Of a stretch of 36,725 nucleotides of DNA, positions 1 to 7,261 are shown one piece after another (within the stretch, counting starts at the first letter, position 1; each line of letters opens with the position of its first letter). This stretch comes from a virus (taxonomy: Duplodnaviria > Caudoviricetes), in the IMG/VR virus record IMGVR_UViG_3300020248_000004, positions 1 through 36,725 of that record. The stretch is one strand, 5' to 3'. A program made the translations under genes and the position numbers. The notes below the pieces were generated by a model. It had not been told where the DNA came from, ran no database searches, and saw only the letters and a list, made by a program, of their open reading frames with translations.

Positions 1-99
1 ATTATCAACTCAATCAACTTCAGCCCAACCTTAATTTTATTACTCCTTGTCCAAGTCTTAAACTCATGGCCTTTACTGTTCATGTGATAGACCATAAGG
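1..99. repeat. End overlap, copy 1 (circular assembly junction)
   Basis: 1-99 matches 36627-36725 except one base (T44 vs C36670). It lies inside the RNA polymerase gene. Confidence 0.95.
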
Positions 100-554
100 T
101 TTCTTTTATAGCCTTCGTTCTTGGTATCTCTGGTATGTTTCTTTATGTTCTTAAAATGTTTAGGGTCTAGCTCTTCAAACTTAGTAAACCTAAGTTCGTC
201 TTCTAGCATCTGCCCTATCTTGAGTGCAGTAGATACAGTTGTCTTTAACTGCGAAGCATTATCTAGTAATACTTTGAAAGCAATAAAGGCAACTACATCT
301 ACGTCTGGGAACTGAGAAAGAAACAAAGCAGAGACAGCTTTGACTCCTACCTTACCGCTAAGACTTTCATCTATATGATCTTGTATTGCTTTGCTTAACT
401 TCTGTAGTCCTGACTCTATGATGTTGCGAGCATAATAGTTCTCGGACTCCCTGCCCTTCTCTATGTTTTTGTTTTGTTTACTGATCTTGTTATAGGCTGA
501 GATGCTAGAGATACTTTGCTCTAGCTCTAGTTGTTTCTTGCTAGGCTCAGTCAT
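1..554 (-). CDS. gp1: T7-like RNA polymerase, N-terminal part (continues at the window end)
   Basis: ATG at 554 (MTEPSKKQLELEQSISSISAYNK...) overlaps the integrase stop and is in frame with ORF 34778-36721 through the end overlap, giving about 800 aa in total. Absent from the ORF track. Confidence 0.92.
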   Translation of the reverse strand, partial: MTEPSKKQLELEQSISSISAYNKISKQNKNIEKGRESENYYARNIIESGLQKLSKAIQDHIDESLSGKVGVKAVSALFLSQFPDVDVVAFIAFKVLLDNASQLKTTVSTALKIGQMLEDELRFTKFEELDPKHFKNIKKHTRDTKNEGYKRNLMVYHMNSKGHEFKTWTRSNKIKVGLKLIELI

Positions 555-1389
555 TTAATACATCAACTACAGAGTGCAAAGCTAAAGGTTGTAAATGTGC
601 ATAAATCATGGTGGTCTTTATGTCCTTATGACCTAGCCAATCTTTAATTAAAAGAAGTGGTACTCCTCTTTGTGCAAGCCTTGAGCCACAGGTATGTCGG
701 CATAAATGTAGAGTGTAATACTTTTTATCTGCATAACCTAATTCCTCTCTAGCATTTTGCCATACATAATTTAGCCAAGGATAATCAACATCAAATAATT
801 TATCAGTATCATTACAACATTCATAATAAGGTTTTAAAACTTCTTGTACTCTATCTGTCATAGGTACAGCTACAGCTTGTTCATTCTTTCTTTCGTTAAA
901 ATTTATTTGATTATTTTGATAATCAACAAATCTTTTTTCTAATCCTAAAAACTCGTTAACTCTACACCCTATGTCTATCAAACAAGCAACTATATCTCTA
1001 GCCTTTTTTTGTTCATTATCTGATAAATACCAAAGCAATTTTTTTTCCATATCTTTAGTAAGGTAATGTACCTTCTGTTTCTTCTCCTTCAATCTTCTTG
1101 GGAAAGAAACATCTTGTATAAATCCATCTTCAATCATTTCATCCAAGACAGTTTTTAAATAACCTACCTTTGTGTTGGTTACTTGCTTACTATTTTTTCT
1201 TGTAAATCTGTGGTAATCCATCAGCTTTTTTATATGCTGTTTAGTAATTTTATTTACAGGTAAATTACCAATAGCTTTGATGTTGTACTTCATAGCTATC
1301 AAGAAATTTTCGGCTGAATCTTCTCCGTTATACCTTCTCTTGTAGACAAGGTTAGTTGCTTCGGAAAGCGTAGGCATTTTAGTTTTCAT
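547..1389 (-). CDS. int: Tyrosine recombinase / phage integrase
   Basis: Catalytic residues R (GCRVNE), HxxR (HLCRHT), H (LGH) and Y (TMIYAH). Lies just upstream of RNAP as in cyanopodoviruses. Confidence 0.95.
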   Translation of the reverse strand: MKTKMPTLSEATNLVYKRRYNGEDSAENFLIAMKYNIKAIGNLPVNKITKQHIKKLMDYHRFTRKNSKQVTNTKVGYLKTVLDEMIEDGFIQDVSFPRRLKEKKQKVHYLTKDMEKKLLWYLSDNEQKKARDIVACLIDIGCRVNEFLGLEKRFVDYQNNQINFNERKNEQAVAVPMTDRVQEVLKPYYECCNDTDKLFDVDYPWLNYVWQNAREELGYADKKYYTLHLCRHTCGSRLAQRGVPLLLIKDWLGHKDIKTTMIYAHLQPLALHSVVDVLND

Positions 1390-1412
1390 GGTGGTTCCAA
1401 TAGGTAAGTTTA

Positions 1413-1640
1413 TTAGTTGTTGGTCAGGTCTTCAATCATCTGAATGAACCCCTCCCTTCCGTAGTCTTGAGTACGGATTTCATAGGTAGAATATTTCTTG
1501 CCACAAACAAGACAAGTCCGACTCCTCCATATAAAAGGAATCGAACTTTCTTTTGTGCCTATGTTGTGACCTCTAGTGGATAGCCTAGTTTTAGTATTGT
1601 TTACTTTATTGTCTAGGCTACCGCATTTAGTACACTTCAA
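1413..1640 (-). CDS. NrdR-like zinc-ribbon protein (no ATP cone)
   Basis: MKCTKCG...RSRTCLVCGKKYSTYE resembles the NrdR N-terminus (MxCPxC...RRRxCxxCxxRFTTxE). TTG start with GAGGAGG Shine-Dalgarno. Confidence 0.75.
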   Translation of the reverse strand: MKCTKCGSLDNKVNNTKTRLSTRGHNIGTKESSIPFIWRSRTCLVCGKKYSTYEIRTQDYGREGFIQMIEDLTNN

Positions 1641-1765
1641 TCGCTGTCCTCCTCGTCAGTATAGAAACGTAGCTTGACCCCTTCTCCTACAAAGTAATCA
1701 TCTACCTCCCACTCGAAAGGGCAATCATTATCGAGTAGCCACTCGTATAATTTTGATCGGTTCAT
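1637..1765 (-). CDS. Small acidic hypothetical protein, 42 aa
   Basis: Hand-translated MNRSKLYEWLLDNDCPFEWEVDDYFVGEGVKLRFYTDEEDSD. GGAGG SD and 4-nt overlaps with both neighbours. Confidence 0.8.
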   Translation of the reverse strand: MNRSKLYEWLLDNDCPFEWEVDDYFVGEGVKLRFYTDEEDSD

Positions 1766-2172
1766 TGCTGCACCTCCCCATTAGTACATTCTGCAAAGTA
1801 ATGAAAACCTTTTGGTACTTGATCTAAATATTTAAAAAAGTTTTCTACTGTCATTGTGTATTGATCTAACCAATATTCATTAGATTGGTCAAAGTTATAA
1901 TAGTTTTTAACTTCTATTCGATCTGCATAACAATAAAAACAAACCTCCTCAACCTTATGTATTTTTGATGGGTCTTTAACCTCTACATAAAAGTGTGGTT
2001 CTTCTTTTGGATCGTATGATTTTGATTGTACTTGTGGACTGACGTGAAATGTCTCTATTAGTTTCCAATAGTTTCTAAATTTCATACCAATAGTTTCTAG
2101 CTGTTGCTGGTGATCTTTAGTAAGCGTTCCAAAATGCTCTAAAAACCATTCTTTATCAGTTTGTGTTTTCAT
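1762..2172 (-). CDS. Early hypothetical protein, 136 aa
   Basis: ORF coupled to neighbours by ATGA overlaps. Leader GGAGGAACCACA. Confidence 0.85.
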   Translation of the reverse strand: MKTQTDKEWFLEHFGTLTKDHQQQLETIGMKFRNYWKLIETFHVSPQVQSKSYDPKEEPHFYVEVKDPSKIHKVEEVCFYCYADRIEVKNYYNFDQSNEYWLDQYTMTVENFFKYLDQVPKGFHYFAECTNGEVQQ

Positions 2173-2366
2173 TGTGGTTCCTCCGTTTTAATTTGGTTAA
2201 TAGTTTTAATGATTTCTTTTTTGTAGTACTCAATAGTTTGATCTACTAAAAGATTGCCCTCTGAATCAGAGGGCGGAAAGATAGTAAAGTTTCTATCGGT
2301 AAGGCACGCAACCCTATGAAGAATACAATCAAGCTCCATAAGAGTTGCGTGTTTTGATCTAGGCAT
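2169..2366 (-). CDS. Early hypothetical protein, 65 aa (start revised to MPRSKH)
   Basis: ATG at 2366 is preceded by AGGAACC. The longer ORF-track start overlaps a separate small ORF. Confidence 0.7.
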   Translation of the reverse strand: MPRSKHATLMELDCILHRVACLTDRNFTIFPPSDSEGNLLVDQTIEYYKKEIIKTINQIKTEEPQ

Positions 2367-2436
2367 GGTTCCTAAAGTTTTTAATAAAGATATACAAGAG
2401 AGTAGTAAGGCATAGCCAAACAATTAAGGTTGTCAT
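2359..2436 (-). CDS. 25-aa hydrophobic single-TM peptide
   Basis: MTTLIVWLCLTTLLYIFIKNFRNHA. ATGA overlap with the upstream gene, purine-rich SD, and it fills the gap between neighbours. Confidence 0.6.
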   Translation of the reverse strand: MTTLIVWLCLTTLLYIFIKNFRNHA

Positions 2437-2579
2437 TCTTCTTCTCCTGATTCAATATCAGCTAGTGAAGATTCTTGTATTAATGCAAGCGTGTCATTAA
2501 TTGCATCTTCAAATTCTTCTGAATGAGTAAGCCCTAACCCTATGTTGGTTAAGGCATCAAAGTATTCGTAGATGGTCAT
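2433..2579 (-). CDS. Small acidic early protein, 48 aa (start revised to MTIYEYF)
   Basis: ATG at 2579 follows the upstream stop and has a GGGAG SD. Confidence 0.7.
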   Translation of the reverse strand: MTIYEYFDALTNIGLGLTHSEEFEDAINDTLALIQESSLADIESGEEE

Positions 2580-2580
2580 G

Positions 2581-2865
2581 TTAATTTCTCCCTGTCTTGA
2601 TACCTGTAGCCTGCTCAAACTTTGACAAGGCTGTTGGATTCATGCCACCTATATGCCAATAGTGTTGGCCTTTAGGTGTTTCATCTAGCTTCCAATCGTA
2701 AACAGTAAAGTGTTCTTTATCCCATTCAACAGAGACTTTACCGTCTCCGTCTTCTAAGGTTGGCTGGCTGTAAGTTCCTTGTCTTTTATAATCAGGCTCG
2801 CCAAGTGCATTGACTAGCTCGTCATAAGTTGTAAGGGCATAGCCTTGTAAGCATGAAAACATCAT
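2581..2865 (-). CDS. Early hypothetical phage protein, 94 aa
   Basis: ORF with motifs YDELVNALGEP, DGKVSVEW, FTVYDWK and WHIGG, a pattern I recognise from marine phage hypotheticals. Confidence 0.85.
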   Translation of the reverse strand: MMFSCLQGYALTTYDELVNALGEPDYKRQGTYSQPTLEDGDGKVSVEWDKEHFTVYDWKLDETPKGQHYWHIGGMNPTALSKFEQATGIKTGRN

Positions 2866-2922
2866 GATTGTGGTTCCTCAATTAGGTTGATTAATAGCTA
2901 TGAAATAAACATAACTAAATAC

Positions 2923-2951
2923 AGTATGATTTAAGACATAAAAAAAGTCAA
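2923..2951 (-). promoter_or_regulatory. Host sigma70-type promoter
   Basis: TTGACT-N17-CATACT on the minus strand, upstream of the 2865 start. Confidence 0.75.
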
Positions 2952-2992
2952 CCCCCAAACCGCCAAAAGGTAAGTTTATTAGGGTTGACTTT
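2938..2992 (-). terminator. Intrinsic terminator-like hairpin overlapping the -35 box
   Basis: AAAGTCAACCC / GGGTTGACTTT inverted repeat (2944-2954, 2982-2992) running into a T7 tract. The loop is large. Confidence 0.55.
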
Positions 2993-3000
2993 GGTGTTAG

Positions 3001-3372
3001 TTAAGAGACTACTTCTAAAGTTTCAATAAACTTTAATCGTTCACAACCTCTGTATGGATTGTAAATGTCTCCTTTTTTGTAGGCTTCAGACTCTTTGTTT
3101 TGCTTGTCAGCATCAACAAGAGTATATCCATCAAAAGCCCAAGTATTACAGTCAGACATATCATAAATGTTGACTTTGATAACTTGCCAGCCTTTGATAC
3201 CATAGTCACGCTTGGCTTTGCGTACACATCTTGTAGCGTGTACTATGCTTGGATCTTTGCCGATAGACCAAACCCAAGAGCCGTGACTAACTAAAAGAAA
3301 TGCGATTACTTCTTTTTCTTGTTGTGGATACTCAACTTTTTTAGCTGACTTTTTAGTTTTAGTTTTAACCAT
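3001..3372 (-). CDS. Early hypothetical protein, 123 aa
   Basis: ORF with GAACCACA leader motif. Confidence 0.85.
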   Translation of the reverse strand: MVKTKTKKSAKKVEYPQQEKEVIAFLLVSHGSWVWSIGKDPSIVHATRCVRKAKRDYGIKGWQVIKVNIYDMSDCNTWAFDGYTLVDADKQNKESEAYKKGDIYNPYRGCERLKFIETLEVVS

Positions 3373-3414
3373 AATTAATTGTGGTTCTAAGGTTTACAAG
3401 TGAAGGTTTTTGAG

Positions 3415-3450
3415 TCCTTCAGAGAGGGCTAGAAAGCCCTCTAAGAAAGA
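3415..3450 (-). promoter_or_regulatory. Intergenic hairpin, possible RNase III processing site
   Basis: AGAGGGCT-TTCT-AGCCCTCT stem extended by TCTTTC/GAAGGA across a 2x2 internal loop. No U tail. Confidence 0.5.
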
Positions 3451-3456
3451 GTCGGT

Positions 3457-4419
3457 TTACTGTTCACCAATTACAAGATCAGCAGCTTTGACGGCATTTG
3501 AAAATACTTTCATTAGTTGCTGAGATGGTGACTTACTATCTTTGATGTGCTTAGCCCAACTTGATAAGTAAGCTGCGTGATTTTGAGTATTACAAGTAAT
3601 TTGCAACCTATTAGAAATTAAGACGGCTGCAAACTCAGCAGTCATCTCTTCCTGAGGTCTATACTTTCTATACTCATTTAACCATTTTCTGTTAAGCCTA
3701 TCCTTATGACCTGTAGCATGAGCAAACTCATGAGCAAGTGTAGAAAGATAAGCTTCATCATTGGTGAATGATTCTCTCTCTGGCATTACTACTTGGTCAG
3801 TACTGTCCATATAGTAAGCCTGATCTCCCATATGCTGTAAACCATTCTTAAGGTCTTTAGAAAAGATCATTAGACGGTCATGAGCATCTTTGCATCTATC
3901 ACTTAATGGTCTTGTTGACTTTTCGCAATCGACTTTAAAGGATTCAATAATTTTATCTAGCTTGCTTTGTGCTTTTTCATCAAGTCCGACTAAATCAGAG
4001 ATATTAAAAACACTAGCACCTTTGAAGGTTACCTTCATAATAAATTCTTGATTCCCTTCTTTATCTAATTTAGGGCTGCCATCTTCATTCTTAAGGTCTA
4101 TCTTAATAGGATTTGGCCTTAAAATTTTGGCTGCCTTGCTGCCCTTCTTAGGTATGCAATTCAAGTCTTTTTTAGCTTGACCATATCCCACCCATAAAGG
4201 TAATTCTTGACCCCTCAAAGTCTGATACATTTGAAGAATTATAGGATTAGCTCCACTGTAGGCATGACCAGTTAAAAAATTAATATGCCCTTGAGATTGT
4301 GAAGAAGTCCATGGTTTAGACCATACATTGTCTAGTTGCTGATTATCCAATAGCTCCATAAAGTCAGCTAAGATAGCGTCTTCTATTTTTACTGTTGGTT
4401 TTTTTGAAGTGAAAGTCAT
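3457..4419 (-). CDS. ardC: ArdC-like antirestriction protein (ssDNA-binding domain + zincin-like metallopeptidase domain)
   Basis: WSKPW, N..TG..YSG.N, W..Y.QA, KKGSKA, VFN, AYY...D.V.MP..E.F, LAHEFAHATGH..RLNR, EE..AE, NHAAYL.SW. Confidence 0.9.
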   Translation of the reverse strand: MTFTSKKPTVKIEDAILADFMELLDNQQLDNVWSKPWTSSQSQGHINFLTGHAYSGANPIILQMYQTLRGQELPLWVGYGQAKKDLNCIPKKGSKAAKILRPNPIKIDLKNEDGSPKLDKEGNQEFIMKVTFKGASVFNISDLVGLDEKAQSKLDKIIESFKVDCEKSTRPLSDRCKDAHDRLMIFSKDLKNGLQHMGDQAYYMDSTDQVVMPERESFTNDEAYLSTLAHEFAHATGHKDRLNRKWLNEYRKYRPQEEMTAEFAAVLISNRLQITCNTQNHAAYLSSWAKHIKDSKSPSQQLMKVFSNAVKAADLVIGEQ

Positions 4420-4877
4420 TTGTGGTTCTGTGAATTGTGCAGTCGGTTGAACTGCTTGATAATAATATTAATATATATATTACTGTTTTGTTAGGATTGA
4501 TTTATAGATTCTTTGTTATCCCTTAGTATCACTTAAGAAATCCATCTTAACAATTCTGTAACAATACCCCCTCTATCGATAATAAGAAAAGATATACCCC
4601 TATAACCAAAAATTAGCCCAGAATCACCCTAAATAATATAAGATATATTATAAGATCCTAGTTATATCAATGGTTTTGCTTACTAGACTACCTTTTTTTG
4701 TAATTTTTGCGAGGGCTATGGGTAAAATTGCAAAGTATATATACGTATAACCCCTTCAAATTTTTGCTCCTAATTTTTTTTGGGTGTTAATCATGCAGCA
4801 GCAGTCTAAGGGTCCTCTCCCCTAGTGCAATCCTAAGTATATTCTTAGTGTAATCTTAGTGAGTAGATGTTGTTCTT
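4420..4877. other. Non-coding region between terminase and first early gene; probable physical genome ends
   Basis: The only long intergenic region, syntenic with T7 termini, flanked by short imperfect CTTAG/CCTAG-type repeats. Confidence 0.7.
4821..4865. repeat. Four imperfect ~11-bp tandem repeats
   Basis: cctagtgcaat cctaagtatatt cttagtgtaat cttagtgagta. Confidence 0.7.
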
Positions 4878-4899
4878 TCTCCTATAGTGGTCCCTAATA
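4878..4899 (-). promoter_or_regulatory. Candidate phage RNAP promoter (phiOR-like)
   Basis: TATTAGGGACCACTATAGGAGA resembles T7-family promoters ending CACTATAG/GGAGA. It points toward the predicted genome end. Confidence 0.6.
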
Positions 4900-6615
4900 G
4901 AAATCTTTAAGGAAACCTTCGTTAGATACGTTGCTATTTCTTATTTGTTGAGGGGTCATACCCATAGCAGTTTGAGATATGGTGTTGTTCATTAAATCAT
5001 TCCAGTTATCTGTGTGAATAGAGAGTAATTCTTCTTTTCTTTTAGAGATATTTAGGTCTTCATTTTGAGCCATGTATTCTGTCCAGTAGGCAACTGCACC
5101 TGCAAGGGAGTCAACAAGGTCATCATGTACGAGAGAACCCCTGTGACGAGAGATACGAGATAGTTGATAGACAAGTTGAAGCTTAAGTCTTCTTTCTGGT
5201 GTTTCATGTGGGTTAGAACGGAAGTCTTTTTCTATCACTTTGCGGTCAATTATGAGCCTGTGAGAGTTCATTACAGGTTCTAGAGTGTCAATTATGCGTA
5301 GTTCTTTGGTCTTATTGTTTCTAACGTCTTCAACTTGGCAAGGGTGGAACCTCATTAGGAAAGGTTTTAAGAGTTCAGCGAACATACCACCACCAAAGTT
5401 TTGTTCAACGAGTATTTGATTTATTTTATTGTCTCTAGCAATCTTACTAATTTTCTCTAGAACGGCATCTGAGTAGCCCCCAGAGAGTCCTAAACATTCT
5501 GTGACGTATAAATTACCATTAAGCATCTTAACGCAGCTTATAGCGGTCTGATCCTTGCCCTTCCCAGATGGATCAACGAACATAACTGACCCTGTATATT
5601 CTATAAAGTCTCCAAATTCTTGGGCTGGTCGATAGAATCTATCGCCATTGAACCCTACGCATTGGAGATCTTGGATTACATATTCGGGATTATTAGACCA
5701 GATGATCTTTTCTGGTGCAAATTCTTTATTTACAGAAGCGATTACTAGGTCGTTTATTTTTAATGGGTATCTATCTTGATCTGAGAGAGTTGTATCTAGT
5801 TGAAACTGTAGATTGAACCCAGAACGACCATAGGAAGCTTCACGTTCCATTAGATCCTGTGCAGAAAACCTTATAGGGTCTACAGGATCATTAGGCTTTA
5901 CAAGCCCTTCTGTAAGCTTTCTGTTGATAATAGGAGCAAGTCTATCTCCATAGTTGTTTTTTAGTTCTGGGTATCTAGCAGTCCATATTCTTGTTTCATA
6001 TCCTCTTTCCTCTAGTGTAAGGTACACAGAGTTTTCTACTTGTGGTGTACCAAGAAAAGTAATCTTGCCATTTGGTTTTAAGATCGCTTCAAATTCTTTT
6101 ACAGCTTCACTAAGTTTATCTCTCATGGGCTGTGTATAAGAGTTGTTAGGAACTTCTACGTCATCTGCTATAACTTCATCTGCCCTAGCTCCTGACATCT
6201 GTCCTAAGACCCCTCTAGAAGAGCATGAGGGAGCATGATCGGCTTGTGCAGGTTTTACATCAAAACTTACCTTACTGTTTCTTTGGTCATCTCTAGGGAT
6301 CAAATCAGCAAGTATTGGCATCTCATTGATAAGACGCATGGTAAATGTAGTAAAGTTATCGGCTCTATCTTTACTGGCAGATACGACCAAGAATTTTAGC
6401 TGTGGATTCATACGAAGTCTCCACACTACATAGGTAGATGTAATCCAACTCTTACCTACACCACGAAATCCCTGTATGATTTTACGTCTTGCACCATATT
6501 GTAGATATTCAGCTATGTCTAACTGAACAGGTGTAGGGTCTGGTAGGTTTAGATGTCTCCAAGTAACGATTAAGAAATATCTAAAGTCTTGTAGTTTTTT
6601 TGGTAGGGGTTGCAA
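4894..6615 (-). CDS. terL: Terminase large subunit
   Basis: FRGVGKSWIT Walker A, IADDVEVP Walker B, LGTPQ, DPSGKGKD nuclease motif and HDDLVD. T7 gp19 type. Confidence 0.97.
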   Translation of the reverse strand: MQPLPKKLQDFRYFLIVTWRHLNLPDPTPVQLDIAEYLQYGARRKIIQGFRGVGKSWITSTYVVWRLRMNPQLKFLVVSASKDRADNFTTFTMRLINEMPILADLIPRDDQRNSKVSFDVKPAQADHAPSCSSRGVLGQMSGARADEVIADDVEVPNNSYTQPMRDKLSEAVKEFEAILKPNGKITFLGTPQVENSVYLTLEERGYETRIWTARYPELKNNYGDRLAPIINRKLTEGLVKPNDPVDPIRFSAQDLMEREASYGRSGFNLQFQLDTTLSDQDRYPLKINDLVIASVNKEFAPEKIIWSNNPEYVIQDLQCVGFNGDRFYRPAQEFGDFIEYTGSVMFVDPSGKGKDQTAISCVKMLNGNLYVTECLGLSGGYSDAVLEKISKIARDNKINQILVEQNFGGGMFAELLKPFLMRFHPCQVEDVRNNKTKELRIIDTLEPVMNSHRLIIDRKVIEKDFRSNPHETPERRLKLQLVYQLSRISRHRGSLVHDDLVDSLAGAVAYWTEYMAQNEDLNISKRKEELLSIHTDNWNDLMNNTISQTAMGMTPQQIRNSNVSNEGFLKDFY

Positions 6616-6625
6616 TGATTATGTT

Positions 6626-6850
6626 TTAAGATAGTCCATATTCTTTTTTAGCTTTCTGATATTGTTTTTTACCTTCTGGTGTATCAGGAAACCCATAATG
6701 GAGATGCATATCACCATGTTTAATTCTTTCCTTCATTTGTTTTATTCCTTCAGTAGTTCTCTTTCCAGCCTCAGGATACATTCTTTTATAATCAGCTTGC
6801 GTTAGCTTTTTCTTTTTATTAATTTTTAAAGAATCTCTTTTTTCAGACAT
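6626..6850 (-). CDS. Lys-rich hypothetical protein, 74 aa
   Basis: ORF between terS and terL carrying an RDSLKI motif. Confidence 0.75.
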   Translation of the reverse strand: MSEKRDSLKINKKKKLTQADYKRMYPEAGKRTTEGIKQMKERIKHGDMHLHYGFPDTPEGKKQYQKAKKEYGLS

Positions 6851-7010
6851 ACTTAGCTCCGTATTGAGATTTATTATATTCCATTGGATTTATTTGTCTT
6901 TGTTGTCTTTGCAACTTGAGATATTTATTTTCTTTCTTTTTACCTAATGGAAAAGTTCTGTAATAAACCTTGCCATTTTCACTTGCAATTCGTAAAGCTT
7001 TTCTTGTCAT
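6843..7010 (-). CDS. Basic hypothetical protein, 55 aa
   Basis: Hand-translated MTRKALRIASENGKVYYRTFPLGKKKENKY...YGAKYV. Fills the gap between neighbours. Confidence 0.7.
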   Translation of the reverse strand: MTRKALRIASENGKVYYRTFPLGKKKENKYLKLQRQQRQINPMEYNKSQYGAKYV

Positions 7011-7012
7011 AC

Positions 7013-7234
7013 TTATAAATCAGCTAAAGGTACAGCATCTAGGTCTGGTAAGTTTTCCATAAGCTCTTGCATTGGGTTTTTTTCTACAGGTAAGCATTCA
7101 ACACCATTATCTTTTAGAAACTGTCTAGCTACGTTTAAATCCCCTGCCTTTGCTTCGCCACTTGTAATCTTATCTGTCAGTTCTTTTGCAAGAAGTAAAT
7201 GTAACTTTTCTAAGATTTTAAAATTTTTATCCAT
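7013..7234 (-). CDS. terS: Terminase small subunit (gp18-like)
   Basis: LH...EL...I.SGEA...DLNVARQFLKDNG motif, upstream of terL. Confidence 0.85.
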   Translation of the reverse strand: MDKNFKILEKLHLLLAKELTDKITSGEAKAGDLNVARQFLKDNGVECLPVEKNPMQELMENLPDLDAVPLADL

Positions 7235-7261
7235 GATTAGTCTTGTTTTTAAATAATATAA

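Noticed and set aside
1-99. End repeat as the biological terminal repeat
   Set aside because: It falls inside the RNAP gene. The T7-type termini are expected at 4420-4877.
1533-1552. GTTCGATTCC (tRNA T-loop-like) as a tRNA or attP core
   Set aside because: The T-stem is imperfect, there is no cloverleaf or acceptor arm, and it lies within a coding sequence.
1993-2001. Internal GAACCACAC match to the sRNA loop
   Set aside because: It is mid-gene (EEPH codons) with no adjacent start, and about one chance hit is expected.
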